Source: Bilabrum cf. latius (Eukaryota). From it: a stretch of DNA of 64,000 nt. Each line of letters starts with the position of its first letter. The first letter of the stretch is position 1. This document shows positions 13,440 to 26,471 of the stretch, piece by piece. The notes beneath the pieces are model-generated. The model was not told the origin of the DNA. It saw nothing but the letters and a program-made list of their open reading frames with translations, and made no database searches. The translations under genes were made by a program, and so were the position numbers. Location of the stretch: the NCBI GenBank assembly GCA_965178125.1, contig OZ237744.1, forward strand, positions 248,001 to 312,000, in the 5' to 3' direction.

Positions 13440-14603
13440 TCAAGAGATCGTGCAGCCCCCCGGCATGGCTGGCACGCCGGGTATACCAGGGCCCATATTG
13501 GGCAACATCGGCATCCCGTCCTCGCCCACCTCCAGGCCCGGTGCCAGCTCCTTAATGATCTCCTTGGGAGGGCTCCCTGTGGCCTGCAAGTCCTGCATGT
13601 GCTCGGTCAGCCTCGCAAAGTTGTCCGGCTCGGTATCGTAGACCGCCACCAGCTTTTGGAAAATCCTGTACTGGTTCCCGTAGTTATCGTACTCTTTCTG
13701 GGACAGCCCCTCAGCGTGTTTCGCGAGCCATTCCGGGAAACGCTCGCAGATCTGCTTGATGGGTTCGTACATGATGTCTTTGCTGAGCAGCTGCTTCATC
13801 ATGTTGTCCACGACTTCCTGGAAATCCTCTTTCTGCCCCAGCTTCTCAAAGTCCTCGGCCATATTCTTCATCACCTCCTCGCTTATCTTCTTGGCCTCCT
13901 CCCCCTCCCCGTCTCCAGTGGATGCGAGTTTCTGCAGCAGCTGCATTGTGCTCGCCACGTTCGCGTCCATGTCCTCGCTCCCGTCCACGCCGCTGAAGAG
14001 CGACGGGCCGTCCGCGCCCTAGCCCGGGTCTCCCATGTCGTCCAGCTGCTTCTGCAAGTGCTCCTGGAACTCAGGCTACGCAACCTATTTCATCATTTCC
14101 TCCATTGCCTGCGGGATCGAAACGGTGTGCGAGCAAAGCGGGTACAAGAGTGTTGCGGCCGGCCACGCGAATGCAACTGGGGCGATTTAAGCCACGACAC
14201 TAAGGTCAACACAGGGACTCACCTTGCTCAAAGCTTCGCTCCCAGGATCATCTTCGTCGCCTCCTGCCCCGCCTTTCCCGGAAGCTGCGCCAGCACGCCC
14301 ACGGCCCTTCGAAGCAGCAGCCGCTTCGATGGCGGCAGCTTCTTGTGCCGCGGCACCCGAAGCTCTGCCGGCACTCGGGGCAGACGGCGCGGCTGAAGAT
14401 CTATGGTCCTATTCAACATCATTTAGAACGCCTGCAACAGATTTTGAATGGAGAAATCATATATGCAACTATTCCGTCGCTCTGGAAGGTGCACCCGCTC
14501 TTGGCTGAATGCTCTTCATGTCCAGTTGATCGCAGAGGCTGAGATTAAAAGGCTGCTTCTCACCATCTAAAAAGTCATCCCCGGTTCCAGCTGCGCCAGC
14601 CAT
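13440..14603 (-). CDS. PEX19: Peroxisomal import receptor PEX19, 3 exons
   Basis: Exons 14603-14564, 14431-14223, 14108-13440. Acidic N-terminus, MMKQLLSKDIMYEP and MQDLQATGSPP motifs, C-terminal CaaX box CTIS-TGA. Four internal TAGs. Confidence 0.9.
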
Positions 14604-14733
14604 TCCCAGATCGCAGCAGACAATGGATCGGAAAATACCGATTCAACAGTTGAAAGAGCGGTTGTAACCAGCCCCCCCGTCCAGACAATCAAAGGTCCTT
14701 GTAATCGCCAAGAAACAAACGAGCCAGGTGTCA

Positions 14734-16211
14734 TTACTGCCCTTGACCGGCCTCATTGCCTCCATCAGCGGCAGACGTCTGCACGAATTGCACCTGAAGG
14801 CTGTCGTTCGGCCACAGACCGGCATCCTTCAGCGACCGGTCCAAATCCTGTGACCCCTCACCCGTCACATCAGACCCATCTGCGGCCCCGCTCTGCACCA
14901 GAGCCTGCGTGCGAGTGTCTCCAAGCCTGAGCGCCTTCCTGCTCGCCCTCGAAGACACCCGGAAGCCACCCTCCCTCACCTCGCCGAGGGCCTCCACCTC
15001 GTCCAGCACGACCAGCAAAACGTCCCGCAGGACGCGGCAAGGCTCCTCGGGAAGGAACCGCCGGACCATCGCGTCGCCCGACGGCAGGGTCACCCTGAGG
15101 TGGCAGACGTCGCGGCGGGTCACCACCACGTCTCCCTTCTGCGCCCACGCATCCAACCGAGCCGTGAGTGCCTGGGGCAGGGCGACGGTGCTTGTTCCCT
15201 GAGCAGCACCGGCACCGGGGTTCGCATTCTATTCATCTTCCTCTTCGTCCTCATCGTCCGCGGCCGCCTCCTCGTGCTCCTTGCGGACGACCTGCGACCA
15301 GCTGGCCCACGTCTGTCCGACGGGGGGTGGCTCCGGGTGCCCCTCCAGCCTCTGCCTGGCACCGTCCACTGCCTGCTCGTCTGTGGCCTCCTGGGACTGC
15401 CTGACGGCCTCCTGGAGCTCCTCCGCCTCTTGCTTCTCTTGCTTCTCCCTCTCTCTCCGGCGGTCGGCCTCCTGAGCGGCCGCGAACCTCTCCCTCTGCT
15501 CCTCTCGAATGAGCCTGTCCTGCTCCCGAGTGGCTCGCTGCTGCCTGATCCTGTCTAGCTCTGGACTGGCGGTGGCCAGCGCGGCCTAGACAAAGCCGGC
15601 CAGCTCGCTGGCGCTGACGGAGGACCCCTGCCTCGCGCCGAGCAATTTCATCTTTGCGGTCGAACTCTCCGATAGGCAGGACAGCATGCAGCAGAATGGA
15701 AAGCACTGCGCATTCAGCTGCTTCGCAGCGGCGTATCCGTCTTCCTTCAGGACATTCCCAGCCCACACCATGACGTTCTAGCGTCGGATGGCAGCGTGCA
15801 TCGCCTCTGAGAGCAACGACTCACTGCAGCAACGAGGCAGCAAGAAAGAAAGCAGCGCGATTCTTGAAGTGGTGTAGGGGCAACCAATTGGCGCGCAAGG
15901 TTCACCTCAAGCAGTGCTCACCGCAGCCAGGGCTCAGAATCCGAATGAAGTGGACTATCTAGAATGACCAGCAGCGGCCGAAACGATTCCCGGGACGTCT
16001 GCACAGCCCGGCCAAACGATGTTTCTACAGGTTCCCACGGCAAATCGCCGGTATCATCACCACCTTCCCCGCTGGCAGGACCTGCAGCTCTTCGTTGGAT
16101 ACCTCGCAGCCGAGCAAGAGTTTGGATTGCCTCAGCTCTGGACAAATCTTCTTCCATTTCGCCGCCTCTCTGTGGGAGCAAGCCAGCAACAAAGTTATAT
16201 AAAGCCTGCAT
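14734..16211 (-). CDS. UAS + coiled-coil + UBX protein (FAF2/UBXD8-like p97 adaptor)
   Basis: LLVILDSPLH and VWAGNVLKEDGY (UAS-like), a charged coiled coil, then LRVTLPSGDAMVRRF (UBX-like). Intron 15921-15824 (GTGAGC...CAG). Internal TAGs. Ends TAA immediately followed by TGA. The 5' end is uncertain; a short first exon near 16292 is possible. Confidence 0.8.
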
Positions 16212-16408
16212 GTGTGATGGCCTATTATTCTTTGGTTAAAGGTTGGCTGCGTCCAATCTTGACACGTGTTCGGTGCGAACGTTCATTGCCATTTTAATGT
16301 GTACTATCTGCATTAATTAAAGAGACAAACATTTATGAGATCGACGGTAGCAGCCAGCTTCCCAACCAACCCTTCCGTAGCATTCCAAGAGTTAAGCAGA
16401 TAATAAAC

Positions 16409-17564
16409 ATGAAGGTTGTCGCCACTGTCCTTGCTTTCGCCGCCACCGCTTTCGCCGTGAGACACTTTTACTGCGTGATTCACTCTCGCTTGGTCGTGCA
16501 TAGCGAAAAAAGTCGAGAAAGCATCCCCGGATCCTTGCAAGCTTCCTCTTCAAATGGCCCGCTTTTCGTGGTTTCATCGAGCTTAAACTGTGTCTATTAT
16601 ACATGTTATCGCAGGCCACCTGCAAAGGTAAGGATGAACCGCTTATTTGACGGCTTTCTTGGTATTTTCCTTGCCAAACTTCAGAAGGATCGCATCCGAC
16701 GCGCTGTTGGCCGTTGATCTGGTTCTAGCACGGCTGTGTCTTCAGGACAGGTCAATGCTGATATAACTCTGTACTTCCCGTGCATGAACCCGCGCACTTC
16801 TGGCGCGCAGCCTGTAGTCATGCGGCAGCCAGGCTTGCTTGAACGGCAATTGCAGCAGCTGGGTGGCTCGGACTCGCGCCCAATTCTGCCTGCCCCTAGT
16901 TTGGCTGAATCACGCTGTGAATCGACGAGCTCAACCTACATTGAGTATGTATTAGTTATTCTCTCATTATTGCAGATGGCAGCTCTTGCGACGGCACCTG
17001 CTGCGAGCTTGCTGATGGCAAGGATGGCTGCTGCCCCTACCAGAGCGCCACTTGCTGCTCGGACCACCAGCACTGTGAGCTCTATCAAACTATCAAGCTT
17101 TTACTACCGCAAAGCTTTCATATGTACGATTGGATTGCTATGCGAATTATTGTTTTTCATTGTTTTGGTTGAGCCCTCCGCCAAGCATCGCAGGCTGCCC
17201 CCAGCAGTACCCCGTGTGCGACGTGAAGGACGGCCAGTGCAAGCCCTCCGGTGCCGCCCCTTGGGGAGTGCCCATGCTGAAGAAGACCGCTTCGATCCCC
17301 GCCCCCGTTGAGCCCAAGGCCGACCCCACGGACGTGACCTGCCCCGACGGGTCCTCCTCGTGCCCCACCGGCCAGACTTGCTGCAAGCTGTCCGGCGGCC
17401 AGTACGGCTGCTGCCCCCTGCCCAACGCCGACTGCTGCTCGGACGGCGTGCACTGCTGCCCCCAGGGCTACACGTGCGACGTGTCCAAGGGCACATGCAC
17501 CCCCGGCAGCGGCGCCTCTTGGGGCCTCCCCTGGGTGACCAAGGTCGCCGCCCGCAAGCTCTGA
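16409..17564 (+). CDS. Secreted protein with two granulin domains, 4 exons
   Basis: Signal peptide [16 protein letters not shown]. Exons 16409-16456, 16615-16627, 16976-17074, 17194-17564 splice in phase to give two granulin cysteine patterns (e.g. [15 protein letters not shown]...[24 protein letters not shown]). Ends TGA. Confidence 0.88.
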
Positions 17565-18381
17565 ATGGTCTGATTTGGAGAACGGGAGTGAGGGAGCGGA
17601 CCAGGGCCCGGCGGGTGCCTAGCAGCTGCCTGTGGTTGGTCTGGTGAGGTTCCGCTTCGGGGGCGCCGCGCTGAGATCCATCACGATGGGAACCAGGTGC
17701 TGCGTCCCGCCGGAGCTTTGCGTTTGCTTGTGCTGATCTTCGGATCAGCATCGTTTCAATGAAAGGTATAGCCGTTGGTGTGGGCGGGTGTTTGCTTTGG
17801 ATGCGTGCAAGGTTGTCTCGCATGGTGCCTTACGGTGCCATGCTTGCCTTGCTCCTGCGTCTGTGTGGGTGAATGCTTTCAACCTCCGATTGGCTGTATC
17901 GAGACACTCTCCCTGCAAGCGTACCATTCACAACATGAACATGAAGTCAAACGGCTAGTCTGCAGCCCTGCATGGCGCCTCCGGAGACCCACCGCCCTAC
18001 TGCTCGGGGTGAGGGCCGCGACGACCCTGTGTGGGCTCGCGGCCACCACACGCATCGCCCCACTAGCCGATACCTGTCCCTGGGCACGGGGGTTTGGTGG
18101 GGTCGCGGTGGCCTGGTGGTGTGTGCAGTGTTGCGTACGGTGCTGGTGGTGGACCGAGGGTGTACACAGGTTGGTTGTTGTGCTGCATGCATGCATGCTC
18201 GGGCCCCCAGAGCCCGAGGCTCGTCACACCTGTGGACTCGCCCACCAATCCGTTGCGCGAGAGTGGCCTTTGCAAGACTAGCCGACGGCATAATCATAAG
18301 TCACGCTGTACTAATTCATCCAAGCATATGATGTCAACACACTGAGACGGTTTGCCGGACCTGGGCGCAAAAAGAGGTCGA

Positions 18382-21300
18382 ATGCTGCCATTTCATGAGA
18401 GTGCAGCGCCATCTCACGACGAGAAGTCTGCAGCCGCGATGCGAACAGACCAGCATATAATCGGTTCAACCCATGGGAACCCAAGGGGTGACTCTAACAG
18501 CGCTACGATAGGGACCGAATCAGCACATGGGACGACCCGTCGCAGGAAGCCGACTGGCTTGTTTCCACCGTGGTCGCTCGATGGCTTGGCACTTTTTGAC
18601 CCTTTGGCAGGGTTTGGCGACCGCCCAGACTTCAACGCCATTCTTGCATCACAAGGCCGCAGCGTGGTTCGTGCGGTCTCTCCAGCAACGTCGGAACGGA
18701 AGATGTCTGGCGCGGTCGCACCGGCCCGCCAGCTCGGCCGCGCCTCGATGGGTGCCAATGGTCGGCATCCGAGGCAAAGCCAGGGCTCCATTGCAGCTAG
18801 CAGCACTCCAACACCAGGAGTGTCCCCCGCACATATTGAAGCGCAAGAGCTGGTGATGGCGCCGAGGTACATGCACGGAGGTCTCACGCAGAGCCTAGCG
18901 ACCAGAGCCGCCGAAGCAGCGGCCGTGGCTGACACGCCCTACGAAGGCGCCTTCGCGCGCGCGGCGGTATCCGGAGAGTTGCAGATCAGGCAGCCGCTGC
19001 ACGTGCTCAGGGAGGATGACGAGGAAGAGTTCAAGATGAGGATCAAGATCAAGGAGGCGAGGGTGAAGAAGCGGCTGGCACGCCGACAGGAACGGAAGCA
19101 CAGGAAGGAGGCGCGCAGGGCAGCGGCAATGGCGCGGGATTTCCCGGGAAACGGCCAAAACATGTCATAGCAAGATTAGGCCGTTGGCGAAGGCCCCGCC
19201 GTGGTGGTGGAGTCCGGTTCCGACGCGCTCAAAGACCCTTTCGCATGGTCCTCCTCTTCCTCCTCCTCCTCGACGGAGGAAGAGTCCTCGGGTGATTCCG
19301 GCTCCGAGTCGGGAGGTTCCACGCTCTCTCAGCTGCGTATGGCCCGGGACGAGATCGACGATGACTTTCTTCTGAGGTTGCAACCGCTCCGCGCCATCCT
19401 GGTGAGCATTCGCGCGACCAACACCGGCCTTCGAGCCCTGCCATCCGCCCTGTTCGACAGCAGGGCTTCCTGGCCCCGGCTGCCGGACCGATTGGGCCGG
19501 CCCCACGATGAACCCGTGTCCAAGGCGAAAGAAGAGGCAGTGCGCGAGGGAACAACGAGATATTCCGCGCACCCAGGGGCGGGGGGCGGGCCCCAGCAGC
19601 ACCGAGGCAGGAGGCGGTCCTCGGCCATGGACCACATGCCCCTGCTCCGAGAGGCCGCCAAGATGAGGCGGATGTCCTACAAGATGTCCGCCCAAGGGGA
19701 AGGAGCAGGGAGGGGCAGCGGCATCGGAGGACTCGAGGCTGCGCGGCGCCTCAGTGGTGCGGAACTTCAGGGGATGCGCATGGGCGACGTTCCTCACCTG
19801 CCGAGGCTGCAGGTTCTGGAGATCCGCAGCAACAGGCTGACGCGGCTCCCGCACACGGTGGGCCCGTCCACTCCGAGCCTGCGATCTATCGACGCGTCCA
19901 CGAACGCACTCGTCACACTGCCTCGCTCCCTGGGTACCCTGGAGCGATTGGCCTCCTTGGACGTGTCTAGCAATCGTATTGAGGCCATTCCGGAGGATGC
20001 CTTTGCCAGCATGCGATCCCTGAAGAGGCTCAATCTGGCCCGCAACAGGCTCTCCGAGCTGCCTGCCAGTCTGGGGAGGCTCCCGCGCTTGCGCTGGCTC
20101 AACCTGAGCTACAACCGCTTCATCACCGTGCCGTCAGCTCTTGCAGGTGGCGCCCCTTTGAGGACACTCATGCTGAACAACAACAGGATAGCCACTATCG
20201 CGCCGGAGCTGTGCGGGGTCAAAACTCTGCAGATGCTGCAGCTTTCGGGTAATTCGATCTTTGGGCTGCCGAGGGACATCGGCCAGCTGTCAGGGCTCGA
20301 GGCGCTGTGGCTCGACTGGAACAGGATCGACCGGCTGCCGATTGAGTTTGCGCAGCTCCGGGACAGTCTCAAAGACCTGCGGATGGAGGGCAACCCCTTG
20401 CGCACGCCACCTGCTGACGTGGTGCACGCAGGTGTGCCTACCATTTGCGACTGGATTCAGAAAGTGTTGGACGACGGCATAGACAGGAGGAAGCGCCGTG
20501 TGGCCAGACACATAATCGGCGTGCTGCAGGACGCGGTACAGCACTGCCTCGTGGATCCCAGCTTCATTGCATGCAACGTATCGGTCGATCGCACGTCGGG
20601 CGATGTCCCCGTCTTTCCGGTAGATCCTGTCGTGATGCGGTACGAGGCCGTGCGGAGCAGGAGGAGGAGCAGTCGATCAACAACGCACCAGTCTCGTGGC
20701 GGTGTGGGGGAGGGTACAGGTGCGGATGCAGGCGCCGGAACATATACAGGGAAAGGAAGTCACACTGCAAGTGTTGCAGGGGCAAAGTACCTGGTCCGCT
20801 AGGCCGGGGCTGCCTCAGGCGGGACCGAAGCGAAGTCTGCATCTGGACACGAATCGGCGTCGGTCGCGCCTGATGCTGGCAAGCATGGTCTGCCAAGTAG
20901 TAGAGCCCAGCGGTCTGCGGTCACCCCTGCCGGCAGTGGAAGTGACCGTGGCAGTGATGATGACCAGAGCGATGATCTAGATCTGTCATCCGATTTCACA
21001 GACAGTGATGCAGATGAGGTCAGCCCCAGAACGCTGCAGCGGAGGCAGAGACTGCGCGTCAAGCAGCGAAGGGAGAGCCTGAAGATGAAGAACATGGCAT
21101 GCGTGCTACCTCACTTTGCGGTCCGCTGGGGCGCCCTCTTCACTGAGATCGTTCCGGCGGTCAACCGCTGGAGGGTCAAGCGATGGGAAGCAGCGACCAA
21201 GATATCTTGGACTGCAGAGCGGGCCAAGGAGGCGGCAAGGGCCGCCAAAGAGCTCGACGCGATGGAAGCCATGCGGGCCGCAGGCGGAGACTCGTCCTCT

Positions 21301-23907
21301 GAGAGCGAGTACGAGGACGAGGAGGAAGAGGACTTTGGGTCGCCAGATGCCACCGGAAGCTTCTTGGCACCGATGCCAGGCACCGGGCCGGGGGAAGGCC
21401 TCGGGCTACGGGGCGGCAGCGGGGCACCAGAGGAGGAGGAATCGCGGCTTGTGCACCGCGTGTCTTCTGGAGCCCGCCGCAAGAAGAAGAAGACGGACTA
21501 CTCATAGATTAGCCGCATGCCGCGGAGGCAGTCATCTGCTGGACCACAGGGCGAGGGAGAGGACGGCCTGACTGCGAACCCCATCGCCGACAATCGACCT
21601 ACGACGCCGCCGCCGCCGCCAACGCCGCGATCAGACAGCAGCGAGGACGAGGCGAGCGGACGAGCACACCGAAAGACGGGCAATAGGAACGCTAAGGGTG
21701 GCGGCAGAAACGGTGGAGAGATGCCCTCTCACCACGGCGGGGTGAGCCCTCTTCGTCTCGTGAAGCGAGCTAGCTCAGGACGCTCTGGAGCTATGTCTTC
21801 GCGACATGACCAAGGTTCAAGCCGACCATTCGCAGCGAGTGGCAGACGCATGGGCACGGGACGGTCTGGCAGGTACGGAGTCGTGAGCGGGAGGCCTCGA
21901 AGCAGGGGCACTGGGATCTCTGGCGTGTCGACATCGCGCTCTGGTGCGTTCAGCAGGCATGCAGTGGGCGGCGTGGGACCCACACCCAATGAGTTTCTTC
22001 ACAATCCCAGCGAGGTGTGGGAGGCGCTGGGCATTGATGTGGACGGGTTGGGTGCCACAGGCAGGTTTCACTCTGGAGTGGCATTTCGGCAAGACCTCAA
22101 GCGCGTCGCTGCGCTTCGCATCGAGCAGTCGCCTGAAGTTGACACGCATGTCCAGGCGATGGGCCTCGAGGCAACAGGAGGTAGAATAGACGCGGCCTAG
22201 CCCACGCCCGTCGATGAAACGCCCACGATGGCAGACCTGCTGCAGCACAACGCCCCGTTTGGAGACCATGATGCGAGCCACTCGAGGCGCTGGCTCGGCC
22301 CTGTTGGCGCAGTTAGCGGCGGTGGCCAAGTCCCTAGGTGCCACGTGGTCGAGATGAATTCTCTGGAGCGGGCCGTCGCTTCCAGCGAGGTGATATCGAG
22401 CGCGATTGGCACGTGCGCATCGCTGGCGGAGCTCGATGGCTTGCATGCGACCGTGCCAGCCATCGCGTGGAGCGGCCTGAGCGCGCAGCCCGCGCCTGCT
22501 CTTCTGGTGCGGCAGCGGCTGTACAGCAGGCAGGAGAGGGCGGCGCTCTTCAGCAGAAGAAAAGAGACTGTCTAGGTATACCGCGAGAAGAGGAAGGCGA
22601 CAGAGGAGGCTGCGAACGTGGTGCAGTCAGCCGAGGGCATGGACACAATCCGGAGGGCGGTGAACGCCGCCTTGCTCACCCAAAGGCAGTCGGTGGGTCT
22701 TCTCGGGCGGCGGATCGACACGCTCAGGAAGCGAGCCGGAAAGGTGGCCGTGCTGGAGGCTGAGAGGCAGCGACTGGTGCAACAGAGAGACAAGGCAGTT
22801 GCGCAGCTGAGAAAGCACAGGCTGGGCCTCCGCAAAGCACTTCGGAAGGAGACCCGCTCCGCCAAGAGGGAAGAGCTGCGGGCTGCGATAGAGGAGGCAG
22901 GCGAGACGCTCCGCAGAGGCATGCCGCAGAACGACCCGCTGCGAGAGATTGCCGAAGCATTCCGTCGCCTGATGGTGTCTCATCGCACGTCCGACGGCCG
23001 GGACGAGGAGGCTCTCGAACAGGCGGTGAGGTCGCTCCGACTAGACAGCGCGCCGACGCTGCCGCCCCGTGCTTCCGACACGAGCAGGCAGCCCTTCGAC
23101 TACCTGGGCCGGACGCTCGCCGAGGCAGAGGCGCTGGCTGGGCTCGTGGAGGAGTTTCGAGCGCGCCTGGAGCCGCTGTCGCACATGGAGAAGCAGCTCG
23201 CAGACGAGGCCACCGAAGAGCGCGTGAACGAGGCGGAGTCATCCGTGCGACGGGACTACAGGGTCATGAGGCGCGCAGGGTTCGCGTGGACCAGGCTGGG
23301 GATCCAGTCCGCCTTCCAGACGTGGCGTGCCCGGGCCAGGATCAGGCGACAGCAGAGAGAGCGTGCGAGCAAACGAGACAAGGCGGATCGTGAGCTGCGG
23401 CGCGACGCGGCGGAGGCGCAGGACCAGCTTCGTTCCATGGAGCGCTCCAAGTGGAAGAAAGAGTGGGACGAGGAGCTGGAGAGGGAGGTCTGGGTGCACC
23501 AAGAGACGGGCGAGACCGCGTTCCATCGGCCCAGGGAGAGAGATTATGTCCACGGGAACGCGACGTCCAGGTCGGGTTACTCACGCACGACGGGGCGAAG
23601 CACGGGCAGATTGGGCACGGGCAGACTAGGCACGGGCAGATTGGGCACGGGCAGACTGGGCACCGGGAGGTCGAGGCGGTCTGGGCTGGGTAGTCGTGGG
23701 AGCAGTGGTGCTGCGGGCAAGCTTGGCGTGGCAAACCGTCCGTTTGGGATGCGCGGCGGAGGCTCTAGCTTCGTAGGCAGTGCGGGCGGGCGGTCTTCGT
23801 TCCGGTCGCGCGGTAGCGCGGGCGCTGCCTCGTTCGCTGCATCGGCTGCCGGTGGCTCCTTTACCGGCTCCATGTAGAGGTAGGGATCGAAAGGGGGTAC
23901 CAATTGA
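18382..23907 (+). CDS. Leucine-rich-repeat protein (~1840 aa) with coiled coils and a WW-like motif
   Basis: ORFs 18352, 19201, 21085, 21517, 22228 and 22618 share a frame joined by ~8 TAGs, ending at TGA 23905-23907. LxxLxLxxNxL repeats at ~19790-20410; WKKEWDEELEREVWVHQETGETAFHRP at ~23450-23535. Confidence 0.85.
23590..23669 (+). repeat. 15-bp coding tandem repeat (GTGRL x~4-5)
   Basis: GGCACGGGCAGA(T/C)T(G/A) units are directly visible. Confidence 0.85.
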
Positions 23908-24143
23908 CTACCAAGCCACAAGAGCGCGTATGCTTGGGCGCTGGAACTCTCATGAGGGAGAGTTGCCGGATGTGCGCACTAAACATTACGCTACTAATTC
24001 GCAAAAACCATACTTGGCTTCAGTCCAGATGCGACAACTAAACGGGTACCAGAACCTTGTCCAAGCGTTTCCGAGGTACTTGATACAGTTGAGTGTGTTG
24101 TACTCTGTATCTCACATCTGCCTCTGGAGTGCCAACCGGTAGA

Positions 24144-26342
24144 ATGCGCAGAGCTTTGCAAAGGGCGGGAGCTTCCGTGTCTCGGATCGGTGGCCATCGA
24201 TCCGCTATCACGGGCAGGGGTGCAACCCTTGCCCCTCAACTCAGCTAGTGCCGGTACTTTTCTGCTAAGCGTCGCAAGGGGGTCAAGTTACCAACCGACA
24301 ACCCGGCCACATCCAGCGAGGCACCGGCTGCCACGGCAGCTGATGTTGAGACGACTTCAACACCATCTCCAGCCACCCCAGCGGTTGAGCGCATTGAAAT
24401 AAAGCCAAAGGTGTCTAGTGGGTCAGCTGGTGCATCTAGCACGCCGACATCGCCTCCGTCTTCACTTTCTGTGCTGGCGCCCGCCCTCCTGCTGCTGGCA
24501 GCCGGAGGTGCTGGATACTACGTATGGCAAGACGACGACGCCAAGAACAAGGCGCGGGATGCTGTTGCAAGCATGCCAGAGCCATTGCAGAAGGTGTTTG
24601 CGGCGATTGGCCTCGGGCCGCGCGAGGCGCCGTCCAAATCGGGCAGGGCGCAAGATTAGCCGCAGAGCCAGGGCTAGAAGCAGCAGCAGGTGGCGCCGAG
24701 CGCGAACGCCAAGGCAGCTGAGGCGCAGTAGAAAGCAATGCGGGCTCGACAAGAGGCTGAATCAAGAGCAGTTGCTCAGAAATCCAAGGAGGAAGCAGAG
24801 CAGAAGGCGAGGGAAGCAGAGGCCAAGGAGGCCAAGGCAAGGGCAGCCAAAGCCGCCAAGCAGTCGGCAGAGGAGCGCAAGGCCACCCACGCCGCACTCA
24901 TCACACTTTCACAGCACGCCGACGAGCTTGCGACCAAGGTGGAAGCATTTGCTCTGGAGGACATGGCCAGGGCAGCCGAGGCGGCCGTTGCAGAGGAGCA
25001 GTCGAGCGAGCAAGCAGGCGGCTCCGATCGGACCGATGAGGCATCTTCGGTCGACGGTACCGGCAAAGCTGACGGTGAGAAGAAGACGCAAGCTGCCGAG
25101 CGGACCCCCGAGCAGGTGGCCCGAGAGGCGATCCAGGCCACCAAGGCAGAGGCAGCCATCATGACCACTGACACCCTGGCGTCGATGCTGAGGGAGGAGA
25201 TGGACGCGGCTGCCGCAGAGGACGTGGCCTCGTTAGGAGAGGAGGAGCTCAGGAGAAGGCTGCTCCGGCTCTCTGCTCACTCCAAGGACCAGGCCAGACT
25301 GGAGGCCCTCAGGACCGTGGAGCTCGTCAAGGCGAACGAGTCCAAGTGGGAGAAGGCGATGGAGCGGGCTGTCCAAGAGGCCGAGGAGGCCGCTCGCAAG
25401 CAGGCCGGGGAGGCTCTGCAGAAGAGGGCGGCGGAGCTCAACGAGCAGTTTCAGGCCGCTGTGACGAGTGCCAAGGAACAAATTACGCAGCAGGCCGAGT
25501 CGCACTTCTCCCAGGAGGCGGACCGCCGCGTGTCGGAGGCCTCGGCTGCGATGGAGAACGAGAAGCAGTCGTTCCTGTCTCGCGTGGGCGCCAGAACGGA
25601 GCAGGCAGCTGAGAGGGTGAGGGTGTTGAGGGGTGACCTGGAGTCAAGGGCGAGATACGAGCAGCAGGCGCGGCGGGTGCACCGGCTGCAGATGGCGGCT
25701 GCGGCTCTCTGGGACGGGCTGGAGCACGGCAAGTCCCTGGCAGACGAGGTGGCCGCGCTGCGGGCTGCCTCGAGCGGTGACAGGGTTGTGGGCGCGGCGC
25801 TGGATGCCCTCCCCGAAGCCGCCTTTGACCGGTCGGGCATGCCAACTCGGCTGTCGCTCCACCGCCGGTTTGACGCCGCCGTGGAGGAGGCTAGGAAGGC
25901 GGCCATGGTGCCGGAGGAGGGCGGCTTGCTGGGGCACGCGATGGGGAGTTTCTTCTCTAGGCTGCTGGTGGGCGGAGGGCAGGGCTCCGCGGAGGCTGCT
26001 CCCGGGGTGGGTGCCAGGGCCGTCGCGGCCGCGGCCACGCTGACGTCAGGGAAGGTTGCAACCGGCGACGGGACGGCGCAGGGCGCGGCCGACGCAGCCC
26101 GCGCTCAGAACACCGAGCTGAGCGCCTAGGCACAGGCGGCGATGCTCCGACTGGATCGGGCAGAGTCCGCGCTGCGAAAGGGTGACTTGAGCGCCTCTGC
26201 GGCGGAGCTTGGCCACGTGGGTGGGTACGCTGGGTCCCAGGTGGAGGGCGTGCGGGCGGCGCTGCTCGAGAGGGTTCGGGCGGAGCAGGGCGCGCGGCTG
26301 GTGAGGGCTCACGTGAGGGCGCTGACCGCGAGCATGTACTGA
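24144..26342 (+). CDS. MIC60: MICOS subunit MIC60/mitofilin-like, 732 aa
   Basis: Arg-rich presequence MRRALQRAG...CRYFS, single TM LAPALLLLAAGGAGYYVW, long coiled coil, and a mitofilin-like C-terminus (RAESALRKGDLSASAAEL...ERVRAEQ). Five internal TAGs, ends TGA. Confidence 0.82.
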
Positions 26343-26471
26343 TTGAGTGGAACAGAAAGACTTATTCGATGAGCAGCACCGGACTTTGCGGGTGCTGGGG
26401 CGCCGCGCTTCATCGGTTCCGCACCACACGAGCCAAACCATTTCGCCACTCCATTCTCAGAAGATTGCGCC

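Noticed and set aside
16313-16320. TTAATTAA upstream of gene starts (also 61981-61988) as a promoter motif
   Set aside because: Only two occurrences, both in AT-rich spacers, which is insufficient support.
17775-18345. Cys/Trp-rich short ORFs downstream of the granulin gene
   Set aside because: GT-rich intergenic sequence with non-ATG starts and no family motif.
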